A stretch of 64,000 bases of DNA from an uncultured Acidobacteriaceae bacterium (lineage in GTDB: Bacteria > Acidobacteriota > Terriglobia > Acidiferrales > UBA7541). Position 1 is the stretch's first letter, and every line of letters begins with the position of its first letter. Position numbers and translations under genes: made by a program. Shown piece after piece: positions 28,734-37,973 of this stretch. Under the pieces are notes generated by a model, which saw only the letters and a program-made list of their open reading frames with translations, did no database searches and was not told the DNA's origin. The DNA lies in contig CAZUNI010000008.1 in the NCBI GenBank assembly GCA_964622265.1, positions 4,424-68,423 of the forward strand, written 5' to 3'.

Positions 28734-31427
28734 ATGACAACACCGAATGTGGATCCCACATCACCGACCGTGCCCGCCGACGCCGGGACGCCAAGCCCTA
28801 ATCTCGCCTCCCCACAGGCTCCTCCCAAAGAGCCGCCGGTTCCAACCAAATCGAAGAAGCAAACTATACATGTTTCTCCAGCAGTGCTCGACGCCGCTGG
28901 GAAAAAGGAAGATGAGTTACTACGCGACTTGCGAACGTCTCCAGGTGGGCTTACACAGGCCGAGGCTGAAGAACGGGCGCGCACGGCGGGCCCCAATGAA
29001 GTCGCACAGGCGCGCAAGCAAGGCTCGTTTATCCGCCTATTGAAAATCACTCGCAACCCTCTGGTAATTCTGCTGTCGTCCCTGTCTGCAATTTCTTATT
29101 TAACGGGCGATGCGCGCGCCGGCACCGTAATGGTGATTATGGTGATGCTGAGTGTAGGACTGCGCTTCTGGCAGGAGACACGCGCGGACGCTGCAGCAGA
29201 GAAGCTCAAGGCCATGATCCACGTGACCGCTACAGTGGTGCGCGATGGAGCGCCCCGGGAATTGCCACTGCGGGATTTGGTGCCTGGGGACATGATCAAG
29301 CTGGCTGCCGGCGATATGATTCCGGGCGATGTGCGGTTGCTGTCTTCGAAAGACGTCTTTGTGAGCCAGGGCAGCCTCACCGGTGAATCGCTTCCCGTCG
29401 AGAAGTTCCACGATCCTCAAACTAAAGAGGATTGCTCACCCACCGAACTCAACAATATTTGTTTCATGGGGACCAGCGTCGAGAGCGGCACGGCGACGGC
29501 AGTAGTGGTCACGACGGGAGTTCAAACCTACTTAGGGAGCATGGCCAAGTCGATCACCGGCGAGCGGGAGCTAACGAGTTTCGATCAGGGGCTCAACCGC
29601 TTCACCTGGCTGATGATGAAGTTCATGGCCGTCATGGTACCAATGGTCTTTTTCATCAATGGTTTCACCAAGCACGATTGGAAGGGGGCTTTCTTTTTCG
29701 CGTTGGCCGTAGCTGTAGGACTCACTCCTGAAATGCTCCCTATGATTGTCTCAGTCTGCCTTTCCAATGGCGCGCTGGCCATGAGCCGCAAAAAGGTCAT
29801 CGTCAAGCGGCTGAACTCCATCCAGAACTTCGGCGGGATGGACGTGCTGTGCACCGACAAGACGGGCACGCTCACCGAGGACCGCGTCGTCCTGATGCGG
29901 CACTGCAACGTCGCCGGGCGTGAATCAGATGACGTGCTCCTGGACGGCTACCTGATCAGCTACTTCCAGACTGGCCTGAAAAACCTGCTCGACCGGGCGA
30001 TTCTCGATACGCCCGACTTCCACGCGAAGACGACTCTGGATAAGTACAAGAAGCTCGATGAGATTCCGTTCGATTTCACGCGACGCATGATGTCGGTCTT
30101 AGTACAAGACCCAGAAGGCAAGGCGATCCTGCTGACGAAGGGGGCTCCCGAAGAGGTCTTTCACCACTGTTCCCAATTCGAACTCGATGAAAAACTTTCT
30201 GCAATGGACCCGGATAAGATCGCAGGCCTGAAGAAGCAGTACGACGACCTAAGCAACGACGGTTTCCGCGTGCTAGCCGTGGCCACAAGGGAACTCGCTG
30301 GCAAGCACATATGCGCACGGGAAGACGAACGCGACCTTGTGCTCAGAGGATACGTCGCGTTCCTGGACCCGCCCAAGCCCACCGCAGCACGCGCCCTGGC
30401 GGCCCTGCATAAGCACGGCGTATCCGTGAAAATTCTTACAGGCGACAATCAACTGGTTAGCCGTAAAGTTTGCAACGACGTTGGCCTTCAGGCAGATCCC
30501 ATGCTGCTGGGTGGCGACGTGGAGAAAATGTCCGACGTCGAACTGGCCGAAGCCGCCGACAAGGCCACGCTATTCGCCCGCCTTTCCCCCGCCCACAAAG
30601 AGCGCGTCATCCACGTCCTTCGTGGCAAAGGGCACGTCGTCGGATTTATGGGCGACGGAATCAACGATGCCCCCGCCTTGCGAGCGGCGGACGTCGGCAT
30701 CTCCGTGGACACCGCTACGGACATCGCCAAGGAGTCTGCGGATCTGATTTTGCTAGAGAAGGACCTCACGGTGCTCGAAGGGGGCGTCCTCGAAGGACGC
30801 AAGGTCTTCGCCAACATTGTTAAGTATATCCGGATGGGTGCGAGCTCCAACTTTGGGAACATGTTCAGCGTGCTTGGGGCGAGTGCTTTCCTTCCCTTCC
30901 TGCCAATGGCCCCGATTCAGGTTTTGACCAACAATCTGCTCTACGATTTCTCGCAGGTTCCGATCCCTGCGGACTCCGTGGACGAAGAACAAGTCTCCCG
31001 GCCGCGGCCCTGGAACATCGACGAACTCAAGCGGTTCATTCTCTTTATCGGTCCCATCAGTTCGATTTTCGACTACACGACTTTCTTCGTCATGCTTTAT
31101 GTCTTCAAGTGCTGGGATCCGGCCCGCGCGCCGCTATTTCAAACCGGCTGGTTCGTCGAATCGTTAATGACGCAGACGCTGATTATCCATGTCATTCGCA
31201 CCAACAAAATTCCATTCCTGCAGAGCCGGGCGAGTTGGCCGTTGACGGGCACAACGTTAGCCATCATGGCGCTTGGAATCTGGCTGCCCTATTCCCCATT
31301 GGCTTCCTCACTGGGCTTCGTGCGCCTGCCGGGATTGTACTGGCCGATTCTGCTAGTCACACTGCTGGGCTACATGGGCCTTACGCAGATTACTAAGGTG
31401 TCCTTGTTGCGAAAGCACTGGATTTAA
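28734..31427 (+). CDS. mgtA: magnesium-translocating P-type ATPase
   Basis: CTDKTGTLTEDRV phosphorylation motif, TGDN, GDGINDAPAL, and an MgtA-like C-terminal TM bundle. The start is set at the ATG preceded by aggaga. The ORF extends upstream to 28626. Confidence 0.9.
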   Translation: MTTPNVDPTSPTVPADAGTPSPNLASPQAPPKEPPVPTKSKKQTIHVSPAVLDAAGKKEDELLRDLRTSPGGLTQAEAEERARTAGPNEVAQARKQGSFIRLLKITRNPLVILLSSLSAISYLTGDARAGTVMVIMVMLSVGLRFWQETRADAAAEKLKAMIHVTATVVRDGAPRELPLRDLVPGDMIKLAAGDMIPGDVRLLSSKDVFVSQGSLTGESLPVEKFHDPQTKEDCSPTELNNICFMGTSVESGTATAVVVTTGVQTYLGSMAKSITGERELTSFDQGLNRFTWLMMKFMAVMVPMVFFINGFTKHDWKGAFFFALAVAVGLTPEMLPMIVSVCLSNGALAMSRKKVIVKRLNSIQNFGGMDVLCTDKTGTLTEDRVVLMRHCNVAGRESDDVLLDGYLISYFQTGLKNLLDRAILDTPDFHAKTTLDKYKKLDEIPFDFTRRMMSVLVQDPEGKAILLTKGAPEEVFHHCSQFELDEKLSAMDPDKIAGLKKQYDDLSNDGFRVLAVATRELAGKHICAREDERDLVLRGYVAFLDPPKPTAARALAALHKHGVSVKILTGDNQLVSRKVCNDVGLQADPMLLGGDVEKMSDVELAEAADKATLFARLSPAHKERVIHVLRGKGHVVGFMGDGINDAPALRAADVGISVDTATDIAKESADLILLEKDLTVLEGGVLEGRKVFANIVKYIRMGASSNFGNMFSVLGASAFLPFLPMAPIQVLTNNLLYDFSQVPIPADSVDEEQVSRPRPWNIDELKRFILFIGPISSIFDYTTFFVMLYVFKCWDPARAPLFQTGWFVESLMTQTLIIHVIRTNKIPFLQSRASWPLTGTTLAIMALGIWLPYSPLASSLGFVRLPGLYWPILLVTLLGYMGLTQITKVSLLRKHWI

Positions 31428-31472
31428 ACGGGCATTTCCTGCGGCGACGCCCAAAACTAGGAGGGTTCAAGA

Positions 31473-32168
31473 ATGCCCATAAGAAACAAGGAACGGCACC
31501 GCACAGAACGCATCGGCTGGCTGCGCGCGGCAGTGCTGGGCGCAAACGACGGCATCCTTTCAACATCCAGTTTGGTGCTCGGCGTCGCAGCGGCCCACGC
31601 GACTCACAGCAACGTAATGATCGCCGGGGTCGCCGGCCTGGTGGCTGGGGCTATGTCGATGGCTGCCGGCGAGTACGTGTCGGTCCATTCACAGGCAGAC
31701 ACGGAACAGGCCGATCTCGATATCGAACGCATGGAACTCAAGAAAGACAACGCGGGTGAGCACAAGGAACTGGCTGCGATCTACGTTAACCGAGGCCTGG
31801 ATCCTTCGCTCGCGAAGCAGGTCGCCGACCAATTGATGGCTCATGACGCGCTAGGCGCGCATGCCCGCGATGAACTCGGAATCAACGAAACCGTGCGCGC
31901 GCGTCCGATTCAGGCAGCTTTGGCATCGGCTGCCAGTTTCGCTGTTGGAGCGGCCATGCCATTGCTGGTCACTGTCATTTCCCCCGCAGCGCATTTGATC
32001 CCTTTTGTCTCCGGATCTTCGTTGGCGTTCCTCGCGCTTCTGGGAGGCCTGGCTGCCCGCGCGGGTGGCGCAGGGGTGACGATAGGCGCATTTCGTGTGA
32101 CGTTCTGGGGTGCGTTGGACATGGCCGTCACCGCAGGCATCGGGCGGCTATTCGGAACAGTGGTGTGA
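31473..32168 (+). CDS. VIT1/CCC1 family iron/manganese transporter
   Basis: GANDGILSTSSLVLGVAAA motif, a central acidic helix (EQADLDIERMEL) and C-terminal TM helices. Confidence 0.85.
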   Translation: MPIRNKERHRTERIGWLRAAVLGANDGILSTSSLVLGVAAAHATHSNVMIAGVAGLVAGAMSMAAGEYVSVHSQADTEQADLDIERMELKKDNAGEHKELAAIYVNRGLDPSLAKQVADQLMAHDALGAHARDELGINETVRARPIQAALASAASFAVGAAMPLLVTVISPAAHLIPFVSGSSLAFLALLGGLAARAGGAGVTIGAFRVTFWGALDMAVTAGIGRLFGTVV

Positions 32169-32460
32169 GCAGGGCTATCAAGAAGTCTTTCCCAAGCTAC
32201 TCCCAAGATCGAACCACGCCTACTTTTCCTTTCTTTTCACTGTCTCGGATCCACTGATATTCCCGTAACATCTCGAAATTACGTCCACTCCTGGTCTCGA
32301 TTCTCAGCGTGCTGCGCGCAAAATTGTGCCAGGCACATCATCCGACAACAATCCTGGCCCCTGTTTGGATACATGGTTGGGTACAAGTAAAAGCGTGAAA
32401 ATTGAGGAGTTACCTTCGGACGCAACATCAGGTAAACGAGATATAGTTCTTGACTTCATC

Positions 32461-32506
32461 TCTCATAACCCGAAGGTCGTTGGTTCAAATCCAACCCCCG
32501 CAACCA
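32461..32506 (+). repeat. tRNA-Met 3' half relic, copy B (left junction of the integrated element)
   Basis: tctcataacccgaaggtcgttggttcaaatccaacccccgcaacca. There is no 5' half upstream. The recombinase ORF on the opposite strand ends inside it. Confidence 0.85.
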
Positions 32507-34133
32507 TCCGAATGCGCCAGTCTGACGGCTGGCGCTCTCGGGCCACAACCGGGTCACTGCCGAGCAAGTTCCAGTTTCCTTCCGCCACATAGAAGCGATG
32601 CTCTGCGTTTTGGTACGGCGTCATCGTGATTTCGCTCGTGTGTTTCAAAAGTTCCGCCCTGGCAAGGGCGGAGTCCTTGCGCAGCAGTTCCCGAAGATTT
32701 CCCAAGCGGCTCGCCACGAAAGTCCGTATCTCGCCAATGCGTGCTTCAATCGATTCGGGGCTTGCTGATAGCAGGCGATCTGTGATCCCTTGCAACTCCG
32801 CTTCCTTCCGAGCAATCTCCGCGAGCAGAGCTTTCGAGTGTCCCGATTCCGCAATCGCTGCCGCCACGCGGCGTACTTCCATTTCCAGCCGTGCCTTTCG
32901 CTGACGCATCTCTGCAAGATCGCCAGACAAACTACCGAGCGCGATTCCAAGCTGTCTTTGAAACTCCACAATGGCGTGGTCCACAGCTTCTGGCCGCAAT
33001 ATTTCGCTTTGGAGTTTTCCGAGAAGCAAGTCTTCGAGATCATCGCGCCGGATATAGAGATCGTTTTCGCAGCCGCCGCGATTGAAACGCCGAGAGCACG
33101 CATACTTTGGATGTCGGTGCGTCCCGCCGCCAGTGGCGATTATCAGGTTCGCGCCACACTCGCCACACTTTAGAATCCCGCTGAATAGATACGGGCTCGT
33201 CATCGCGCGCGGCACCAGGCCGGGGGCTTTTTGGTTCTCCCATCCGGCAGCGAGCAACGCAAAACGCGAGCGGACCGCTTTCCAGAGACCCGGGCCGATG
33301 ATGGCTAAGTCGGGGTTGGTGCTGCGCAGCCACTCTGATTCAGGTCGAGGCCGGCGCTGGCGCTTATTTGTCCCTGGCACCTTCACGAATTTCGAGCGGT
33401 TCCAAATGACTCTGCCGACGTACAACTCGTTCCTCAGCATCTCGCGGATTGCAGTAGGACACCATTCCCCGCCTGTTCGATCCTTGCGTGCGCGGGGTGA
33501 TGGCACGCACTCCGCGTTCAGCGTCCTAGCGATTGCTTTCAAGGAACTGCCAGCCGCAGAGAGATTAAAGATTCGCTTCACGATGGCCGCTTCAGTCTTG
33601 TTCACGACCAGTTTTTTTCCGGTTCCTCCATCGGTCGGCACCGAGTCATAACCGAAGATTCGCCCGCCGGTATGTCTCCCGCTGAGTGCGCGGCCCTCAA
33701 GACCACGGTGAGTTTTCTTCGCTAGTTCGCGCACGTAGCTCGAATCCACAAGCCCATGAATGGTGAGGAGTGTTTCTGCCTGCTCGTGCTCGCTATCAAT
33801 GCCTTGACTGACGGCAATAAGCTGCACGCCGGAGAAGTTCAATCGCTTAAAAATTGTGAGGACGTCTTCCGTCGTGCGCGACAAGCGGCTCGTATCGTCA
33901 ACGAGGATCGCGGCAAATGGCGGAGCCGAAGCGAACGCGAGCGCGAGCATCCGCTTCAACGCGGGCCGGTCCGAGCCGACGCCACTCACCGCCTCGTCTG
34001 CGTAGATGTGCTCAGACAGAATTGCGAGACCGTGAGTTCCCGCGTATTGTCGGCATTTCCGAATCTGATCGTCAATGGAAGCGGGACTTTGGCGGTCGGT
34101 AGAATAGCGTGCGTAGATTGCGGTGTAGCCCAT
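32463..34133 (-). CDS. large serine recombinase (integrase)
   Basis: N-terminal resolvase catalytic domain AIYARYSTDRQ, a recombinase domain, the zinc-ribbon CGECGANL...YACSRRFNRGGC and a coiled coil. The last 16 codons (VAGVGFEPTTFGL) are antisense to the tRNA relic. Confidence 0.9.
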   Translation of the reverse strand: MGYTAIYARYSTDRQSPASIDDQIRKCRQYAGTHGLAILSEHIYADEAVSGVGSDRPALKRMLALAFASAPPFAAILVDDTSRLSRTTEDVLTIFKRLNFSGVQLIAVSQGIDSEHEQAETLLTIHGLVDSSYVRELAKKTHRGLEGRALSGRHTGGRIFGYDSVPTDGGTGKKLVVNKTEAAIVKRIFNLSAAGSSLKAIARTLNAECVPSPRARKDRTGGEWCPTAIREMLRNELYVGRVIWNRSKFVKVPGTNKRQRRPRPESEWLRSTNPDLAIIGPGLWKAVRSRFALLAAGWENQKAPGLVPRAMTSPYLFSGILKCGECGANLIIATGGGTHRHPKYACSRRFNRGGCENDLYIRRDDLEDLLLGKLQSEILRPEAVDHAIVEFQRQLGIALGSLSGDLAEMRQRKARLEMEVRRVAAAIAESGHSKALLAEIARKEAELQGITDRLLSASPESIEARIGEIRTFVASRLGNLRELLRKDSALARAELLKHTSEITMTPYQNAEHRFYVAEGNWNLLGSDPVVARERQPSDWRIRMVAGVGFEPTTFGL

Positions 34134-34417
34134 CAGATGGCCACCTTCCCGTTGGCCGGAGCCGCATTCGGTACGTCGTAACCTGCCACATGATGATCGG
34201 GCATGGCAAGCTGCTTTTCACTTCGTAAAATGTCGAGGAAATCCCGCACGAGAATCGGGACAAGGACGTTGTCGATCAAGGCCCGCACATCTGGGCTAAT
34301 CTCGGTCTGAACACGCGTCCCTCTACCGGAATCGACCGCACGCGCTTCCCTTGCGTCGAGTTTGCAAATATGCTCTGTCAGAAGAGTGTGCAACGCGAGT
34401 TTTGCCGAGGCTGTCAT
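34133..34417 (-). CDS. hypothetical protein, translationally coupled to the recombinase
   Basis: 94-aa ORF whose stop overlaps the recombinase ATG (TGATG). I recognise no motif. Confidence 0.4.
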   Translation of the reverse strand: MTASAKLALHTLLTEHICKLDAREARAVDSGRGTRVQTEISPDVRALIDNVLVPILVRDFLDILRSEKQLAMPDHHVAGYDVPNAAPANGKVAI

Positions 34418-34512
34418 TTCAAACTTTAACGGTCTCCGGGTTGCAGATGTCCACGCGAGGCTGACTCATGCACTTCATGTTTGATTCCAAAAATCTGCCC
34501 TGCTCGCAAACG

Positions 34513-34585
34513 TGTGGGCTGGAGCGACTCCACGTAACAGTTGGGCACGCCGCGTGCACAAATGGTGGGGTCGCTCCAGCCCACA
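34513..34585. repeat. long nested palindrome (16-bp perfect arms, central 13-bp palindrome)
   Basis: tgtgggctggagcgac (34513-34528) and gtcgctccagcccaca (34570-34585) are perfect reverse complements. GCACGCCGCGTGC (34545-34557) sits almost at the centre. Confidence 0.85.
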
Positions 34586-34877
34586 TAGCTTCGGTTCCGC
34601 GGCCAAACACTGTGGCCTCTCGCGCGCAGAGCTTTCTTTCTCTTTCACTTGCTCCAGCGACAGGGTGAACGAGAAGACAGCGAAATGGTGAACTGTGTCT
34701 TTCATGCACCGTTCACCCTTCCGCATCGCTGAAGCATTTGAAATCTCTTCGCGGTCATCAACGCCGCCATCGGTAAGCAGCCGTAAAAATTTCCGAGGGT
34801 GGGAAAGAATTTCACGGGTCGTGCCGTTTCTTGTGGCACATCCCATAATGGCTGCGAAGCGAGTTTTGCTGACGTAC

Positions 34878-35840
34878 TCATATGCTCGCTGAAATGCCCT
34901 TTCGGTCCGACACTGGATAGGACGCTGATGCCTGAGTCCAGACCGAGCCGCGCCCGACTGCCTGTTCATCCACTACGAATCTCACAGCATGGCCAACTGC
35001 CTCAGCGATCTGACCCATATATTTTGAACGGAGATTGCGAGCGCACGTCTCGGTTATCGTCGCGAGAATGAGCGAACCGTCTGAAGAGAAGCCCAGAGGC
35101 ACGAGCGGTTGAATCCAGGTGGAGAAGTTGTGTGGGTTAATGTCCTGACGGAGTTGCGTCCGTGTGCGCGCCCAAGTCTCGCGCGCTTCAGCCTCGCGTT
35201 CGAGCGCCGGGAGGGATCGTGTCACTTGTGTATGAGCCCACGCTGCTGCGTCAATTGCTGAGTCAACTGCTGAGTCTTCTTTGCTGAGAACAATTGTGTC
35301 CCTTCTGGGAGGACCGTTGTGTCCGTTCTCAAAGATGGATTTGTCCCTTGTCTCATTCTCAGATGGGACATTTTTGTCCGATCTCTTGTCGCGCGACCAG
35401 ATTCCGAATTTTTGAGAATTAGTCACTGAGAGCACGAGACCGTAAGGGGTACGGCGAGCTAACAGGTAGTGATTCTTTACCAGACGCCGCAGATGCCGCT
35501 CCACCGTCTTCGCGCTCTCTTTTAGGTCACGGGCGATTTCTTCTGCCTTGACTGGCTTGCCTCCGAGTATCACTCCGACCATCCTTCCATTCTCTTCATT
35601 GTGCTCGCGCGTGATCTTGTCGAGACACCAAATGAATTCCCAGATCGCCGAGCCCATCCGCTTCCGGTGTTCGAGCAGGCCGCTCCACACGGGGATTGGG
35701 TATGATTTCCCGCAGCCGAAGCGCCTATCCTTCACCGGCCTGCCTTGCCAACGGTTGGCAGCGCCGACGCTTCTGGCTCCATTGCGGGCGGCGAGGTCGC
35801 AGAGTCGGTGGCGCATTCGGTTTCTTCGAGCGAGGTCCAT
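34878..35840 (-). CDS. winged-HTH protein with a C-terminal DnaA-N-terminal-like segment (putative element replication/regulatory protein)
   Basis: wHTH-like AEEIARDLKESAKTVERHLRRLVKNHYLLARR. C-terminal WARTRTQLRQDINPHNFSTWIQPLVPLGF...ILATITETCARNLRSKYMGQIAEAV resembles the DnaA N-terminal domain pattern. The start is uncertain because the long ORF overlaps the XRE gene by 109 nt. Confidence 0.45.
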   Translation of the reverse strand: MDLARRNRMRHRLCDLAARNGARSVGAANRWQGRPVKDRRFGCGKSYPIPVWSGLLEHRKRMGSAIWEFIWCLDKITREHNEENGRMVGVILGGKPVKAEEIARDLKESAKTVERHLRRLVKNHYLLARRTPYGLVLSVTNSQKFGIWSRDKRSDKNVPSENETRDKSIFENGHNGPPRRDTIVLSKEDSAVDSAIDAAAWAHTQVTRSLPALEREAEARETWARTRTQLRQDINPHNFSTWIQPLVPLGFSSDGSLILATITETCARNLRSKYMGQIAEAVGHAVRFVVDEQAVGRGSVWTQASASYPVSDRKGISASI

Positions 35841-36001
35841 CGCTCACGAAGAAAACTCAACAATAGATTCCGCTCACCCTCAGTGAGTTCGGTTTGGCCC
35901 CTCTCGGCACCAGCAATCCGGTGCACCGAGATGCCAGTCGAAGCCCAGAGATCAATCTGCCTCAGCCCACAAAGCAATCGCATTCGTTTCAGATCGGTCA
36001 T
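35732..36001 (-). CDS. XRE-family HTH transcriptional regulator
   Basis: LKRMRLLCGLRQIDLWASTGISVHRIAGAERGQTELTEGE is a typical Cro/C1-type HTH. Confidence 0.7.
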   Translation of the reverse strand: MTDLKRMRLLCGLRQIDLWASTGISVHRIAGAERGQTELTEGERNLLLSFLRERWTSLEETECATDSATSPPAMEPEASALPTVGKAGR

Positions 36002-36102
36002 AATGGATGAAGTGTAGTTTGGAGCAGGCGGGGAAAGATGTAGCTTGGGGCATGAATCTACCTACAATTTTATTCGACAGAGCCGGGCGTCTGGTATTTC
36101 GG

Positions 36103-36915
36103 TTAGCGTAAACGTCGCGTGCGGAGGGTCGAGAGTGCCTGACGCACGCTCTCTGGGGTATAGTTTGTCACTGCTCCTATCAGCGTGTTGGCTAAAATCG
36201 CAGGCGTGATGCCGCCGGTTAAAAGTTCGGTCAGCACATCTGGCTTGCTTGCAATGAACTTTTTGAATACGGCTCGATTGTTTTGCAGGAATGGATAGGG
36301 ACACTCGTGGCGATCGAGGTCTGCGTTGACCAGCGTCAGTACGGTCTCTTTGTTCAGCGCTCTCCTTTGTTTTGCCTGTTCGGCTCGAAGTCGTTCTCGC
36401 AAGAGCTTGAAATCCGTCTGAGCATCCAGCTTGACCTGTTGGTAGCGAGGTTCCAATGGAACCCTTACACCTTCTTGGTTCGCCCGCGCATGGAGTTCTT
36501 GCTGACGGTGGAAACGATTCAGGAGCGCAGTTCCGTCAGGGTCACACTCTTGCCATGCGAACATGCGGTCACGAACTCTGTCTGAAAAGTACAGTCGCCA
36601 GCCAAAAGTAGCTGCCAGGCCGATGATTACTTCGTCCAGAGCGTGCTCAATCCGGGCGTCCGCCCCCTCGTCCTTCTCAGTCCCTGTAGGTGGTCCAAGC
36701 AGTCTGCGGTCTGCCTGAGAAAGCTCGGCGCTGACGCTCTGCAAAATGTAGTGATCCATTTCTTCCCTTAGCCGCGCATGCCCCTCGGGAGAAGTCGGAG
36801 GGCGAGACACGGCCATGAAGTCAAACGGGAGTGCGCCGTCTTGGCAGGACGCAGTGTCGCTAGCGGGCATTGTTTTCGACACTTGTGGGAGTTTATCTTG
36901 GCGGGCACGATTCAA
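36103..36915 (-). CDS. hypothetical protein
   Basis: 270-aa ORF with no competing long ORF and no recognisable motif. Confidence 0.4.
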   Translation of the reverse strand: MNRARQDKLPQVSKTMPASDTASCQDGALPFDFMAVSRPPTSPEGHARLREEMDHYILQSVSAELSQADRRLLGPPTGTEKDEGADARIEHALDEVIIGLAATFGWRLYFSDRVRDRMFAWQECDPDGTALLNRFHRQQELHARANQEGVRVPLEPRYQQVKLDAQTDFKLLRERLRAEQAKQRRALNKETVLTLVNADLDRHECPYPFLQNNRAVFKKFIASKPDVLTELLTGGITPAILANTLIGAVTNYTPESVRQALSTLRTRRLR

Positions 36916-37163
36916 GTGATCTTCCTTCCGCTCCTACGCCCACTGGATCGGTCCATGCAGCATCGAGAAATAGCGGTCGAGAACTTGTTGGTCGCTATGC
37001 TCAAACCAGTGAACGCTGTCAGACATCTCAACCCGCAAGATAAACGGGTCCTCAGGTATAGACCTTAATAGCACCACGGGTCGGCGAATCGGGCTTAACC
37101 ATCATTGTAAAACCTGCCGCCACGTTTCACAATCATTCGCCCGAGTCCGGGCAGAGGAAAATT

Positions 37164-37973
37164 ATGCCAATCCGTGATCCGCGCGAAATTGAGACCATCC
37201 TCCGAAGCAACGAATCGGGCCTTCGGGACAGTATCGTCCGCAATCTCGGAGACTTCACCGTCGCTCTCTTCGGAATATTCAGGTTTCCACAAGAGCGATT
37301 GAGGTTAGCCGGCACCGGAACTCTAGTAGTGCAGGATGGCAGGCATTTCATCCTGACGGCGCTCCATGTTTGGGAAGAGGTATTGAAAACGGCGGACCAG
37401 GTTGGAATTACGATGAAGGAGGATACGGTTCATTGCACGGTCATCGATCGACGTGCAATCCTGCCCTTCGGCCCACCAAAGCCGCAAGATTGGAGTGAGT
37501 GGGGGCCGGACCTTGTTCTACTTTCTGTGCCGACTGAGGACGTCGGACGAATAAGCGCATATCGATCATTCTGGAACGTCACAGCTCAGCGTGCCATCAA
37601 CGCCGCGGTTCTCGAATCTCTTGTCCTCATGGGCACGCCTGCGGCGCTAGGTACGTTCACCGAAACATTCGCGGACGTGCAAATAAACGGAATGTTCCTT
37701 GGTCCTGAGATTCAGCAAACGCGAGGGGAATTCGACTATTTGGATTACGAGATTGATCTCTCGCTTGACGTTCCGCGAGAGTATGGTGGGGTAAGTGGTG
37801 GCGGAGTTTGGAGTGTTTATGTCTATTGGGTTCCTGAGACTGGAGAAGTTGATTGGAAGATGAGTCTTCATGGTGTCGCATTCTTCCAGCTACCGATAAT
37901 CGCGGAGCGCAGGTCCATTCGCTGTCACGGGCCCGAATCTATTCGCGCTGCGCTGCGCCATATTGCACTCTAG
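37164..37973 (+). CDS. cytoplasmic trypsin/chymotrypsin-fold serine protease-like protein
   Basis: Candidate triad His68 (LTALHVW), Asp116 (GPDLVLL) and Ser211 (GGVSGGGVW). The spacing of 48 and 95 residues is close to chymotrypsin H57/D102/S195. There is no signal peptide. Confidence 0.6.
   Translation: MPIRDPREIETILRSNESGLRDSIVRNLGDFTVALFGIFRFPQERLRLAGTGTLVVQDGRHFILTALHVWEEVLKTADQVGITMKEDTVHCTVIDRRAILPFGPPKPQDWSEWGPDLVLLSVPTEDVGRISAYRSFWNVTAQRAINAAVLESLVLMGTPAALGTFTETFADVQINGMFLGPEIQQTRGEFDYLDYEIDLSLDVPREYGGVSGGGVWSVYVYWVPETGEVDWKMSLHGVAFFQLPIIAERRSIRCHGPESIRAALRHIAL

Noticed and set aside
32430-32506. An intact tRNA-Met gene ending at 32506
   Set aside because: The reasoning is the same as for copy A. 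No tgcgggg 5' acceptor strand and no anticodon-stem partner is present upstream (gttcttgacttcatc).
33082-33651. 189-aa plus-strand ORF
   Set aside because: It is antisense to the large serine recombinase gene.
34419-34969. Overlapping ORFs of 96 aa and 164 aa (minus) and 66 aa (plus) between the recombinase operon and the wHTH gene
   Set aside because: They overlap one another, have no recognisable motifs and span the 73-bp nested palindrome. I treat the region as probably non-coding, but without conservation data a short real gene cannot be excluded.
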